A stretch of 64,000 nucleotides of DNA. Origin: a virus. Below, piece after piece: positions 44,596 to 54,452 of this stretch; the stretch's first letter is position 1, and every line of letters starts with the position of its first letter. The notes under the pieces are model-generated. The model ran no database searches. It saw only the letters and a program-made list of their open reading frames with translations, and had not been told where the DNA came from. The stretch lies in the IMG/VR virus record IMGVR_UViG_3300020392_000005. One strand, given 5' to 3'. The position numbers and the translations under genes are program-made.

Positions 44596-45656
44596 TAATT
44601 ATCATTTACCTCATTATAAAATTCTTTTGTAATATCTTTCATACGACCTTTGTCTAGTTCAGTATCTAAACTATCAATGTAATTGTGTAAGAAAGTTAGT
44701 GTATCTTCACCTTGGTCTACAACATTGACATCTGCACTCGCATTAATATTAAAACTATCTTCTATGATATTAACTTCGTGTGTATCTATCTCGTTGTGTA
44801 GTCTATCAATAAATTCACCAAACATATTAGTGTCTGTCTTCTCTTCTACAATAACTTTTAAATGACAATCTTTATATTCAGATATATCTTTTGTTAAGTA
44901 ATTCTCTTTTGTATCATTGTAAAATATCTTCTTAAATATATTGATAGGATTAGGCACTCTAGTTAGTTCTCTAGTTTGTGTATCAAATATATGAAAACCT
45001 TTAGGGCAGTTATAATCTGACCAAGTTATCTCGTATTGAGTACCTAGATAATATATCGTTCCGTTATCTGACTTTCTATGAAAGTGTCCTGATAATACTT
45101 TTTCAAATCTATTGAATTGTGCCATTTCTAAACCGTGTTCGTTTATATGGCCTTTGTGCATTTCAAAACCTTTGACTTCTAAATGACCCATTGCAATCTG
45201 AGCCGTTGAGTTGTCTATTGCATAGATACTTTCTTCTTCAATATCAGGTGCAATCCAAGGTAAGAACAATATATCTAAACCATCAAAGTTAACCGTCTTC
45301 GGTTTCTCATAGATAAAAGGTTCGTTAACACCATCGTGGGAAGTGATTAATTGTTGCATAGCATTAATATCATTTGTATTCTTATAATAGGTATCGTGGT
45401 TACCTAGTATAATATGAGTATCAATCTTCATATCCCAAAGTCTCTTCCAAAACTTATGTTGAAAGTTATGTGCCGTGTTATAATTAATAAACTTTCGTCT
45501 ATCAACTACATCGCCTAAATGAATAAGTGTCGTAATGTTATGTTCTTGCAAATAAGGAAAAAATATCTCATCATAGAAACGATTGAAATACTTTATAAAT
45601 GCAGGACTATCATTACGAGCACCAAAATGTGTGTCGTTAAGTAGTGCTATCTTCAT
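44595..45656 (-). CDS. 47: Recombination endonuclease nuclease subunit (T4 gp47, Mre11-like)
   Basis: DTHFG, LGD, GNHD, SGHFH. Confidence 0.95.
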   Translation of the reverse strand: MKIALLNDTHFGARNDSPAFIKYFNRFYDEIFFPYLQEHNITTLIHLGDVVDRRKFINYNTAHNFQHKFWKRLWDMKIDTHIILGNHDTYYKNTNDINAMQQLITSHDGVNEPFIYEKPKTVNFDGLDILFLPWIAPDIEEESIYAIDNSTAQIAMGHLEVKGFEMHKGHINEHGLEMAQFNRFEKVLSGHFHRKSDNGTIYYLGTQYEITWSDYNCPKGFHIFDTQTRELTRVPNPINIFKKIFYNDTKENYLTKDISEYKDCHLKVIVEEKTDTNMFGEFIDRLHNEIDTHEVNIIEDSFNINASADVNVVDQGEDTLTFLHNYIDSLDTELDKGRMKDITKEFYNEVNDN

Positions 45657-45832
45657 TATAATACATCATCAGGAGGCCACTTCGTAGCCTTCAATTTGTC
45701 CTTTGCTCGTAATTTAAGTTTCTTCAAATTCTTTAAATCAAACCAAGACTTCCAACCTCGGTCTGTTTTTCTTTCCATTTCTTTAGTTAATACTAGTTTC
45801 TTTAAGTCTTTGTGTTTCTCTTTTGCTGTCAT
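45656..45832 (-). CDS. Small basic protein, 58 aa, DUF465/YdcH-like
   Basis: Hand-translated MTAKEKHKDLKK...LKKLKLRAKDKL; overlaps the 55 stop and 47 start. Confidence 0.6.
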   Translation of the reverse strand: MTAKEKHKDLKKLVLTKEMERKTDRGWKSWFDLKNLKKLKLRAKDKLKATKWPPDDVL

Positions 45833-46398
45833 AAAAAATCTTCAAGGTTTGCCTTTGCCTTTCTAACTCTTTTCTTTGTTGCACCTTTAGTAGTCTTCTT
45901 AATAGGTTCGCTAGTCTTCTCTTCTGTTGGTAAATTCTTTTGTAGAAATTCTGTAAATTGATTTTTAAACTCTCTATCATCACCAGGTTGTAAAGTCATA
46001 TCATCATAGTTTGCTTCTTGTATCAACTTATGTTTGATAGTAGTTTGTTTCTTTTCTTTCTGTATTCGTCTCACAAAAGCATAATAGATTATCTGCGTAA
46101 AATACGCAAACGGATTCTTACTTTTAGCAGGATTAAAATTATCCAGATATTGTAAGCAGTTCTCTATGCCATCTGATATCATATCGTCTCTAAATGTATA
46201 ATTGATAAAGTTAGGTCTATAAGACAAATGGTTTGCGATTTTTAAAAAACACTCACCAATATAATTGGTTACTGGTGGGTTCTTTCTTCCTCGTTTCTTT
46301 GCCTTATTACACTTATCCTTGTATTCAATCATAGCAGCTAGAAACTCTTTGTTATCAACATAATGTTCTTTTTTTGTTGTACTTCGTGTTCTTGCCAT
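45829..46398 (-). CDS. 55: Late-transcription sigma factor (T4 gp55)
   Basis: HYVDNKEF, RPNFINY, NPFAYFTQI...AF.RRI.KEK. Confidence 0.95.
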   Translation of the reverse strand: MARTRSTTKKEHYVDNKEFLAAMIEYKDKCNKAKKRGRKNPPVTNYIGECFLKIANHLSYRPNFINYTFRDDMISDGIENCLQYLDNFNPAKSKNPFAYFTQIIYYAFVRRIQKEKKQTTIKHKLIQEANYDDMTLQPGDDREFKNQFTEFLQKNLPTEEKTSEPIKKTTKGATKKRVRKAKANLEDFL

Positions 46399-46407
46399 AA
46401 TTATCTC

Positions 46408-46436
46408 ACTATACTATATTTTGTTGTTAAGGTCAA
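46408..46436 (-). promoter_or_regulatory. Sigma70-like promoter for gene 55
   Basis: TTGACC-17-TATAGT. Confidence 0.7.
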
Positions 46437-46473
46437 GCACCTAACAATTTTTGCCGTCCCATATGATAGGTGC

Positions 46474-46502
46474 TTGACAAGGTGATTTTTTGGTGTTATA
46501 TT
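46474..46502 (+). promoter_or_regulatory. Plus-strand (antisense) sigma70-like promoter
   Basis: TTGACA-17-TATATT with extended TG. Confidence 0.6.
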
Positions 46503-46548
46503 CAGCGTGTCGCTGGTTGCTAGAGAATATATAGAGTAAGAGATACTA

Positions 46549-47019
46549 TTAATGTATCGTCTTATCTTTCTTTTTAAGGTCGTCAAAGTCATCAAATATT
46601 TCCTCAAACTCTTCTCGTTCGGACGGCGACATAACTTCTCGGTCCATTAACTTACGAGTTCTTTCATTTTCTTCTCGTCTTACGAGTTTATCATAATTGT
46701 TATAATCTACGATAACACTTCTATAACTTTTAATCATTTCACTACTTGCATTTGTTATCGTCAATATCTTATCTTTTGGTATGGTAACCAATTTATCGTT
46801 AGTGTAGCCTGCCCATTTAACTAGAGCAATATAATCTTTGATACCTATGTTTGTTATTTGAGGTACATACTTTACTTCTAATGGTTTGTCTAGTGTAAGT
46901 AAAGGTTTGTTTTGTTCAGCGTGAGCAATCTCGCATACAATATCTGTACCATTAATTAACTTAATGATTTTGATTTTAGTAGTGCCGTCTGGTTTGATTT
47001 CGTTTGGATTCTGTGGCAT
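46549..47019 (-). CDS. Conserved T4-like hypothetical protein between uvsW and 55
   Basis: IIKLING.DIV...W; C-terminal TIH. Confidence 0.7.
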   Translation of the reverse strand: MPQNPNEIKPDGTTKIKIIKLINGTDIVCEIAHAEQNKPLLTLDKPLEVKYVPQITNIGIKDYIALVKWAGYTNDKLVTIPKDKILTITNASSEMIKSYRSVIVDYNNYDKLVRREENERTRKLMDREVMSPSEREEFEEIFDDFDDLKKKDKTIH

Positions 47020-47022
47020 AGA

Positions 47023-48501
47023 TTACTCCTTTAGTTCTACATTATGAATTTCATAATCAAAACTTTCCTCATTGTAAATATTTATTCTTTCTCGGAAGTG
47101 CTGAAGAGTATAATTTTCTTTTTCTCCATATGATACATCATCGGCTATATCATATAAAGTTGCATTTGTCTTGTTATCTCCTAGTCTTAAACCTCTTCCT
47201 ATTGATTGCAAGTTTCTTATCCTACTCTTACTAGGACTAGAAAAAATAATATTATGTAAGTTTCGTATATTGATACCAGTTGAAAATGTACCATAACTTG
47301 CGACAATAATCGCATTATCCGATTTTTCTGTAATCGCTCTAATTTCTTCTCTTTCATCTGCATTAACTCCTCCGTATACAAAGAACACTTTTCTTTCAGG
47401 ATCCTTCTGTCTTATAAGTTCTTCTAATACTTTTCCGTGTTTCTCTACATATTGAAATAAACAAAGTGAATTACCTTGTAGACCAACACATAGATTTTTT
47501 ATGTAATTGTTTCTTGCTTTACTAGCACACAAAAAGTCCATTTCTTCTTGGTATGTCTTATCTCTTAAAAAGTCTCTACTATTCTTTCCGTGTTGCAATA
47601 TCAAACAATGTATCTTAAACTTCGCTAGTTGTTTCTTTTCTATCAAGTCTGTCGTTTGTGCAACCTTATTTACTGCACCAAACAATCCTTCTAATACTAG
47701 TTTATGTGTTTTAGAACCATCTAAAGTACCTGTCATACCTATTCTGTATTTACAATTAGTCATCTTTGTCATTATAGTTGTTAGGGACTGGGATTTAAAT
47801 AAGTGTGCCTCGTCACCAATAACAACACCGAAGTCTGCAAACCACTTTTTAGGTAGTTTATATACAGATTGCCAAGTAGATATAACAACTCTTTTAGTTG
47901 TTTCTTTTTCGTGTCCTTGATATATTCTATGAATATGTTTTACATTATATCCATAATCTCTAAAATCTTTATACAATTGTTCTACTAGTGAAGTCGTAGG
48001 TACAATTATTAATACTTTGTTTGCTTTCTTTTCTTTCAATCGTAATAGTTGAAATCTTAATATTAGATACGCAATCAATGACTTACCACTAGCAGTTGGC
48101 GATAGTAGTAAACATCTATCCTCTTGTATTGCGTGATAGAAAGCATTGAATTGATAGTCTCTAATCTGTAAAGGTATATTTAATGCCTTACAAAATTTAG
48201 CACACTCTATCTTATCTAATGGTTTATTCTTCTCTTTTATCTTTGTGATTACTTGTATATTATTATCTTCACAAAACTTTTTTACATATGGCAATAGACC
48301 ATAGTATATCTCACCTTTTGCATATTTAAATAATCTTATCTTGCCGTCCCAATATCTATTTCTATATTGTGGCATAAACTTATAACCAGGTACTTCAAAA
48401 GTAAAAAACTCACTTAACTCTCTACGAATATCGCTCTCAGCGTCTATCGTTAGATACACCTCGTCTTTCTTCTCAATTATAATATAACGATTTTCTACCA
48501 T
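47023..48501 (-). CDS. uvsW: UvsW helicase
   Basis: WDGKIRL, SPTASGKS, DEAH, QSIGR.LR. Confidence 0.95.
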   Translation of the reverse strand: MVENRYIIIEKKDEVYLTIDAESDIRRELSEFFTFEVPGYKFMPQYRNRYWDGKIRLFKYAKGEIYYGLLPYVKKFCEDNNIQVITKIKEKNKPLDKIECAKFCKALNIPLQIRDYQFNAFYHAIQEDRCLLLSPTASGKSLIAYLILRFQLLRLKEKKANKVLIIVPTTSLVEQLYKDFRDYGYNVKHIHRIYQGHEKETTKRVVISTWQSVYKLPKKWFADFGVVIGDEAHLFKSQSLTTIMTKMTNCKYRIGMTGTLDGSKTHKLVLEGLFGAVNKVAQTTDLIEKKQLAKFKIHCLILQHGKNSRDFLRDKTYQEEMDFLCASKARNNYIKNLCVGLQGNSLCLFQYVEKHGKVLEELIRQKDPERKVFFVYGGVNADEREEIRAITEKSDNAIIVASYGTFSTGINIRNLHNIIFSSPSKSRIRNLQSIGRGLRLGDNKTNATLYDIADDVSYGEKENYTLQHFRERINIYNEESFDYEIHNVELKE

Positions 48502-48502
48502 T

Positions 48503-49075
48503 TTATTGAAACCTAGTACCTAATGTCCAACCTACTAGTGATTTTCTGAAACCTGTTTTTACAGGTAATACTCTATGCCATAAACCAGAATAGAATATAA
48601 TAATTGTTCCTGGTGTAATTTTATCAAACTTATGAAATGTTGTCTTCTTCGGGTCTGGGTGTGGTACACATATCTCTAACTCACCACCAGTATACTCATC
48701 ATTTAAACATAATGTAAAACTTACCTTTCGTACCGTTAAGTCTCTATAAGCGTGAGTATGTGTATCTTGGTGCCAACCATAATGATGACCTACTCCGTAA
48801 GTTGTATATTGGAAGTCTTCAAACTTCTTTAGTTTAAAGTGCCACATACACTCCTCGTTTGCTTGATTGATTGCAGGAGTTATATTGTCTATAAGATACT
48901 TGTCATTTATGAAACAGCCTTTGCTATCTCTTACCGTACTCATACCTTCTTTGCCGTGAATTTTTAAGTCAACGATTTTTTTCTGTTTTGCTATCTCGTC
49001 AACTCTTTGTAGGAAGTCTTTATTAAAGGCGTTATCTCTACGCCAATATATCTTGTCGCCTATGTAGTGTGCCAT
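48503..49075 (-). CDS. PKHD-type 2OG-Fe(II) oxygenase
   Basis: Y.WHQD, RKVS, YTGGEL, HRV.PV..G.RKSLV.W. Confidence 0.85.
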   Translation of the reverse strand: MAHYIGDKIYWRRDNAFNKDFLQRVDEIAKQKKIVDLKIHGKEGMSTVRDSKGCFINDKYLIDNITPAINQANEECMWHFKLKKFEDFQYTTYGVGHHYGWHQDTHTHAYRDLTVRKVSFTLCLNDEYTGGELEICVPHPDPKKTTFHKFDKITPGTIIIFYSGLWHRVLPVKTGFRKSLVGWTLGTRFQ

Positions 49076-49503
49076 TAAATCGCTCCGCTAGTAAACTTAC
49101 GCCACTCAATCGCATCCTTTATTAAGAAACCTCTATTTTGTATTTGTCTGATTGTTCTATCTAGGAAGTCAACAATAGTTTCCAAGTAATCTACTTTCTG
49201 TTTTATCTTCTGATAATCTTCGTCTGCTTCAATATACTTGTCTACATCTTGTTTTAGAATTTTAAGATTGAATGGTTTTTGTTGATAGACCATAGGGTCT
49301 GCTTTACCTGTATAATATTCCCATTTATGTAATTTGATTGTTGCAAGTTCAGCGCTTGCTTTAGTTCTCATTAACTTAAACTTATTGTAATGTTTCAAAA
49401 ATTCATTATGTAATTGTGGTGTTTTAAGAGCTTCTAAATCCAACTCCGTATCATTAATCTTTAATTTTTTCTCAACGATATCTTGTAATTCTTCAAGTGT
49501 CAT
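49075..49503 (-). CDS. uvsY: Recombination mediator UvsY
   Basis: P.LH, WEYYTGKA, R.F.IK.AIEW.KF. Confidence 0.9.
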   Translation of the reverse strand: MTLEELQDIVEKKLKINDTELDLEALKTPQLHNEFLKHYNKFKLMRTKASAELATIKLHKWEYYTGKADPMVYQQKPFNLKILKQDVDKYIEADEDYQKIKQKVDYLETIVDFLDRTIRQIQNRGFLIKDAIEWRKFTSGAI

Positions 49504-49532
49504 ATTATTTTTTCACCTTTGTTAGCCTTATA

Positions 49533-49561
49533 ATAGTATACTATTTCTAGTCGTTTGTCAA
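49533..49561 (-). promoter_or_regulatory. Sigma70-like promoter for uvsY
   Basis: TTGACA-17-TACTAT. Confidence 0.6.
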
Positions 49562-49565
49562 GCTT

Positions 49566-50186
49566 TTAAGTGTTTGTAAGTGTGGATTTCTTACCTGGTT
49601 CTGCAAAGTCGTATAGTGTATATTTGAAAGCAACCGTTGAAGTTAAGTATTGTACATCTGTCGCTTGTGTTGAAAATCCTACACCAGATAAACCTGTAGG
49701 AAATATGTCTGTAAATCTTACTTCTTTAATTACATTGTTTTTCGCTGATAGTATTGATAGTGTAGCGTCTGATAATACTGAACCTTGACTTACGGCAGTA
49801 CCTTCTTTACCTGCGTTTCTATTTAATCTATCTTTCCCCTGGGCAGGAAACCTATCTCTACCTGCTTGTACTAAATTTGCATATTCAGTATGGTCAGCAG
49901 GAAAACCTAGACCTCTTAACCAAGTGTATATCTCTTCAAAGTTCTCAAACTTTTCATCTACTAAAAATGTTAAGTTTAAATCACCAAACTCTAGTTTAGT
50001 GCCAGGTAGAGGTATATCTCTTAATGTAGTTAGTTGTGTAGCGTTACCTAGATTGATACCAGGTATATTAACTTCTGTACAGAAAAACTCCACTTTAGGT
50101 AGTTTTGCAATACTGAATTTAAATTGACTAGGACTAGCATAGTCTTGTTGAGTAGGTTGTCTACTTATAGCGTTTGTAGTTGTCAT
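49566..50186 (-). CDS. 3: Tail tube terminator / tail completion protein (T4 gp3)
   Basis: P.VEFFC..VNIPG, FLVDE...N, SDATL, F..IFP..LS. Confidence 0.85.
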   Translation of the reverse strand: MTTTNAISRQPTQQDYASPSQFKFSIAKLPKVEFFCTEVNIPGINLGNATQLTTLRDIPLPGTKLEFGDLNLTFLVDEKFENFEEIYTWLRGLGFPADHTEYANLVQAGRDRFPAQGKDRLNRNAGKEGTAVSQGSVLSDATLSILSAKNNVIKEVRFTDIFPTGLSGVGFSTQATDVQYLTSTVAFKYTLYDFAEPGKKSTLTNT

Positions 50187-50191
50187 ACTAC

Positions 50192-50199
50192 TATTTATA
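50192..50199 (-). promoter_or_regulatory. Late promoter TATAAATA for gene 3
   Basis: Exact consensus a few nt from the ATG (near-leaderless). Confidence 0.8.
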
Positions 50200-50205
50200 C
50201 GACCT

Positions 50206-50232
50206 AATAATCCCCTAGTAAAAACTAGGGGA
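50206..50232 (-). terminator. Terminator hairpin after the alkB-like gene
   Basis: TCCCCTAG-TTTTTA-CTAGGGGA-TTATT. Confidence 0.7.
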
Positions 50233-50238
50233 CCGATA

Positions 50239-51303
50239 TTAGACTAGTTGTTTTGCGATTTCTTGTTCTTCTTTACTTGCATAATCTCTATCCCATTTGT
50301 CTAAATGTTTCTTCATAAACTTTCTAAACAATGGTGGTATTAATGCAATTGTAAATAGAGTGAAATATCCAACACCTGTATTAGGAGCGCCAACATCATC
50401 AAGTTCCCAGAAGTGAGTTTCCCCTCTATCGTGGTGGTCTGCTTGTCTTCCGATTTCAATAAAGAACCAAGAAGTAAACAATGTTGAATTGTCCCAATTG
50501 TGTCTGTAATCAATAGGTTGAGATTTTACTCTTATCAAACCATAATGTTCCAGATAGTTCAAAGCTTCTAATTCAAAGTTTGAAATTACCCACATTACAG
50601 CGAGACAAGTAATACCTACCCAACCACCTGCCATAAAGAAAAGTGCTACGGTAGGTACGGACATTAGATAACCTCTAATCCATCTGTTATCAAAACTGAT
50701 AAAAGATTTATCTAGTCTTTGTAATCTTGCTTTCTCCATTTCAAAAAGAAACTTTGATTGACCAAGATATGAAAGTAGATAATGTCCATAGATTGTACGA
50801 CCACGAGGAGCAGTCGCTGGGTCGTCTTCTGTCGCAAGTTCTAAATGATGATTATAACAATGAGCATAACAGAAATGTGCTGACCCACTTAACGCCATCA
50901 TCCATCTACTAATAACAAAAGCAAAACCTTTTGTATGCGATAGTTCGTGTCCGTAGATGATACCGATACCTAAAAAGATACCAGCTGATAAGGTAGTGCC
51001 TACAAGTTCTAGTCCTGTGATACCGCTAAAAATTTTGTATGCGACAGCACATTGTAGAAATATAAACACAGGTAACATAAGATACATAACCGTGTTTTGC
51101 AACCAAGCAATACCTAGTGTTTCTCCGTTTTCATCAACGGCACCTTTCGTCTGCTTTGTGATTAATGTATCTAGTATTATTCCAACACCTAATAACGCAA
51201 CGCCAGTCCACGCAAATAGACCGCCATACAATATTGATATTGCTGTTGTGATTATTAATACTGGTGCAATGAAATAACGGACATTAGTTAATAACTTTAA
51301 CAT
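50239..51303 (-). CDS. alkB: AlkB/XylM-family membrane di-iron monooxygenase (auxiliary metabolic gene)
   Basis: HELSH, HCYNHH, NYLEHYG, RQADHH boxes; D.ATA.RG; multiple TM helices; start at 51303 behind GGAGG. Confidence 0.85.
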   Translation of the reverse strand: MLKLLTNVRYFIAPVLIITTAISILYGGLFAWTGVALLGVGIILDTLITKQTKGAVDENGETLGIAWLQNTVMYLMLPVFIFLQCAVAYKIFSGITGLELVGTTLSAGIFLGIGIIYGHELSHTKGFAFVISRWMMALSGSAHFCYAHCYNHHLELATEDDPATAPRGRTIYGHYLLSYLGQSKFLFEMEKARLQRLDKSFISFDNRWIRGYLMSVPTVALFFMAGGWVGITCLAVMWVISNFELEALNYLEHYGLIRVKSQPIDYRHNWDNSTLFTSWFFIEIGRQADHHDRGETHFWELDDVGAPNTGVGYFTLFTIALIPPLFRKFMKKHLDKWDRDYASKEEQEIAKQLV

Positions 51304-51362
51304 AATGCCTCCTGTCCTTTCAGACATTAATTGCAAAGATAACTCGTTTATCTTATTAATAT

Positions 51363-51393
51363 TATTTATAACATAAGTGGTTTTATTTGTCAA
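51363..51393 (-). promoter_or_regulatory. Overlapping sigma70 and late promoter for the alkB-like gene
   Basis: TTGACA-17-TATAAA whose -10 extends to TATAAATA. Confidence 0.7.
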
Positions 51394-51430
51394 GCTTTTG
51401 ACACATATAAGAAAATCTGAATATTCTAAT

Positions 51431-51745
51431 TTACTTCTTAAAATATTTTTCGTATTTGTTAGGTTCGTCTTTTAGTTTATCACCAAAAGGACTTTCTTTA
51501 TTTTCTGTAATGTTAGGCCATATCCTAGAGTATTCATCATTTACTTTTTTCATAAGACCACTTGCTTCGTTTTCAGGAACGATTGCGTCTATCGGACACT
51601 CGGGTTGACATACGCCACAATCAATACACTCGTCTGGATTTATAACTAACATATTAGGTCCTTCGTAGAAACAATCTACAGGACAAACATCAACGCAATC
51701 CATCAGTTTACATTGTATACATTTCTCATTAACAACATATGTCAT
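51431..51745 (-). CDS. fdxA: FdxA-type 7Fe/8Fe ferredoxin
   Basis: MTYVV...[16 protein letters not shown]...[18 protein letters not shown]. Confidence 0.9.
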   Translation of the reverse strand: MTYVVNEKCIQCKLMDCVDVCPVDCFYEGPNMLVINPDECIDCGVCQPECPIDAIVPENEASGLMKKVNDEYSRIWPNITENKESPFGDKLKDEPNKYEKYFKK

Positions 51746-51766
51746 AGGTATATTTATGGGAAGGCC

Positions 51767-51798
51767 AAAAAAAAGGCGACCCGAAAGTCGCCTTTTTT
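51767..51798 (-). terminator. Rho-independent terminator after gene 23
   Basis: GGCGAC-TTTCGG-GTCGCC-T8. Confidence 0.9.
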
Positions 51799-51819
51799 CG
51801 TTTTCAGTATAAACTGATA

Positions 51820-53157
51820 TTACGCCAAGTTAACTACTTGTACTTTTCTGTAATATCTGTTTGAGTTAGCAGCACCAGAACCGTCAATAACAGCGTCAGA
51901 CGAAGCACTAGCTTCAGCAAATGGGTTTGCTTGTAAGCCGTATCTTGTCTTAAATCCGATTTTCGGTTGGAAAGTGTCCTGACCAACTGCTCTAACCATT
52001 TGTAATGGTACATAAGGGCAGTAGAACATACCAGCGTCATAAGGAGAAGTTCCTTTATAACCTACTACATAGAATTGTTTTGTAGCAGCGTTTGCTGAAT
52101 ATGGGTCAATGTATACTTTAAATCTGCCGTTTAATACACCAGCAAATGTGTTTCCTGTGTCATCAACATTTAGGTTGTTGTTTAACGCAGGTGTGTAATC
52201 AAGTATACCAGCCATTTGTAATGCACTAGCAACATCAGAAGAACAGATAAGGATATTTCCTTTTCCTCTTCTTGTTCTTTGTGCGATTACATTAGCGTCT
52301 CTTTCTAATTGGAACATTAAACCTTTAAATCTTTCAACAGACCATCTACCGTTGGAATCAGTATCTAAATCAAAGATTCCTGCGTTAGTTGTATCAGTTT
52401 GAGCACCTTTTTCTGAATTGATATAGATTGTTCTTACGACTTCTCTATTGATTTCAGCAAGGATTTCAGCAGAAAGAATATTAGCAAGTTCAGTTTCAGC
52501 GTCTAAGCCGTGAATTGCTTTAAGGTCTTGTGCTAATTCCATTGTGTACTCAGCTTTAAGAGCTCTTGACTTAGCAGTTACCGTTGATTTCTCAATTGAG
52601 AAAGCCATTTCAGCAAATGCGTTACCAGAAGAGTCCCCTAGGGCTTCAGCAGAAGCTGTTGCCATTCCAGTTCCAGTAGTATAAGTACCAGCTGGGGAAT
52701 CGTTAAGTACAGATGGGTTGTTTTGTGCAGGCGAATTTGTTGAAGTTCCAGCAGATCCAGGAATGTTTGCGTTAGCAGCGTTTCCAGAAAATTTACTTTC
52801 TGCTTCATCAAATAGCGCTTCAGTTCCGCCTTGAGTTTTATATCTGCTTCTCATTGCAAATATAAGTCCAGTCGGTCCGCTCATAGGTTGAACGCCAGCG
52901 ATATCGTATGCGATAAGGTTTGGCATTGCTCTTCTTACAAGACTAATTAGGATTGGATCCCAGTTAGCAATGTTAGAACCTGTAGCGTTAGTTGGAGCAG
53001 CTTCCGATAAGAAAGCAGCATCCTCTTTCAGCGCTCTTTCTTGGTTTTCCAAGATAACGCTGGTTACAGCTCGTTTATAGCTATCCGTAACCTTTGGAAG
53101 GTCAGGATGGTCTAATACTGGCTGCCATTTTTTTTGGTAAGTTTCAGATAAGTACAT
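51820..53157 (-). CDS. 23: Major capsid protein (T4 gp23)
   Basis: [42 protein letters not shown]. Confidence 0.98.
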   Translation of the reverse strand: MYLSETYQKKWQPVLDHPDLPKVTDSYKRAVTSVILENQERALKEDAAFLSEAAPTNATGSNIANWDPILISLVRRAMPNLIAYDIAGVQPMSGPTGLIFAMRSRYKTQGGTEALFDEAESKFSGNAANANIPGSAGTSTNSPAQNNPSVLNDSPAGTYTTGTGMATASAEALGDSSGNAFAEMAFSIEKSTVTAKSRALKAEYTMELAQDLKAIHGLDAETELANILSAEILAEINREVVRTIYINSEKGAQTDTTNAGIFDLDTDSNGRWSVERFKGLMFQLERDANVIAQRTRRGKGNILICSSDVASALQMAGILDYTPALNNNLNVDDTGNTFAGVLNGRFKVYIDPYSANAATKQFYVVGYKGTSPYDAGMFYCPYVPLQMVRAVGQDTFQPKIGFKTRYGLQANPFAEASASSDAVIDGSGAANSNRYYRKVQVVNLA

Positions 53158-53180
53158 ATCTTTTTCCTCTCTCCTATTAA

Positions 53181-54371
53181 TTACGACAACTTAATGTCTT
53201 TAGTTTTACTAATAGCGGTAGTATAAGCAGCCATTGCATTAGACAAATCTTCTGTATTTACTACATTGGAATTATCCGCTACCGCATTATCTACTTCGCT
53301 GTCAGAATTAGCTTCTTTTTTGTTTCCGAAATATGATTCCTTAATAGTCTCACATTTCTTCTTAAAGTCATCAGCGTTAGAATACTCAACTTCTTCTGTT
53401 AATTTAGCAAACTTCTCTTTTGAAGTGTCTGCTAAGTCAGAAGCAACTTCTGCAATAATGTCAGTTCTTTTCAAAGAAGAATTTTCTTTGTTCATTTCAA
53501 CATTGTTTGCAATCTGTTCGTTAAGTTTCTTCTCTAACTCTTCAATCTTTGAAGCTTGGTCTTCTAACACATCATATTTTTCATCAGGAACATCAATATA
53601 GTGGTCTTCAAAAAGTTTTTTCAGACCATTGATAAAGTCCTCAGCAATCTCTCCCTTGATACCTCTTTCAATAGCAAGTTCGTTTTCTTTCATCCACTCG
53701 TTGACAACATAGTTCATATATGCGTCTACCTTCTCAACAAGGTCTGTTTTTGCTTTAGATACTTCTTCGTCAAATTTCTTATTGTAATCTGCTTCCATTT
53801 CTTCTGCAATTTCTTTTACTTTAGAAGTAATCGCAGCTTCAAAAATCGTAGCAGCTTTTTGTTTAAACTCTTCAGACAAGTCGGACTCTCCAGAGGTTAA
53901 AGCGTCAATGTGTTCCTTTACATCAACATCTTTTGCTTTCTGGTCGTCTTCACTTTTCTCGGACTTCATCATCTTCTCTTTATCTTTAGAAGCTTTCATA
54001 TATCCTTCTTCCTTCTTCATTTCTTTTTCTTTATCAGAAGTTTCGGATTTTTCTTTCTTTTTGTCCAAGTATTTTTTCAGACCGTCTGGCATTTCTCCTT
54101 CGGATATCTTCTCGCCTTCAGCTTCGTCAGCTTCTTCCTTCTTTACAGAAGGCATTGGGTCAGCCGCACCTTGATTTTTTTGTTGTGCGTCACCTGAAAC
54201 TGGCTTAACTTTTTTCGTTGCGTCAGGATTACTATCTGTTGGTTTAACAACAGCAGCACCTAAATCTTCGGCGTCATTTTTTAACGGCGAAGTTTCAGCA
54301 GCTACAGCGTTCTTTTTAGGAGCGTCTGGAGCTGTCGCTTCAACAACTTTATTAGTTTCTGTCTCGGCCAT
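53181..54371 (-). CDS. 22: Prohead core scaffold (T4 gp22)
   Basis: LSEEFK.KA.TIFEAA, Y..YVV.EW..EN, LFEDHYIDVP. Confidence 0.92.
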   Translation of the reverse strand: MAETETNKVVEATAPDAPKKNAVAAETSPLKNDAEDLGAAVVKPTDSNPDATKKVKPVSGDAQQKNQGAADPMPSVKKEEADEAEGEKISEGEMPDGLKKYLDKKKEKSETSDKEKEMKKEEGYMKASKDKEKMMKSEKSEDDQKAKDVDVKEHIDALTSGESDLSEEFKQKAATIFEAAITSKVKEIAEEMEADYNKKFDEEVSKAKTDLVEKVDAYMNYVVNEWMKENELAIERGIKGEIAEDFINGLKKLFEDHYIDVPDEKYDVLEDQASKIEELEKKLNEQIANNVEMNKENSSLKRTDIIAEVASDLADTSKEKFAKLTEEVEYSNADDFKKKCETIKESYFGNKKEANSDSEVDNAVADNSNVVNTEDLSNAMAAYTTAISKTKDIKLS

Positions 54372-54420
54372 TTGAAGTTCTCCTTAATTTAAAAAAATAA
54401 TTATTTTTTTCGTTATAATA

Positions 54421-54428
54421 TATTTATA
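54421..54428 (-). promoter_or_regulatory. Late promoter TATAAATA for genes 22-23
   Basis: Exact consensus. Confidence 0.85.
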
Positions 54429-54452
54429 AAATTGCGTTCTTTTGTACGCAAA

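Noticed and set aside
45783-45983. 66-aa alternate-frame ORF in gene 55
   Set aside because: Mostly nested in gene 55; the coupled 45656..45832 ORF explains the gap better.
46401-46607. 68-aa minus-strand ORF upstream of gene 55
   Set aside because: Overlaps the upstream gene and runs through the divergent promoter pair; no clear RBS.
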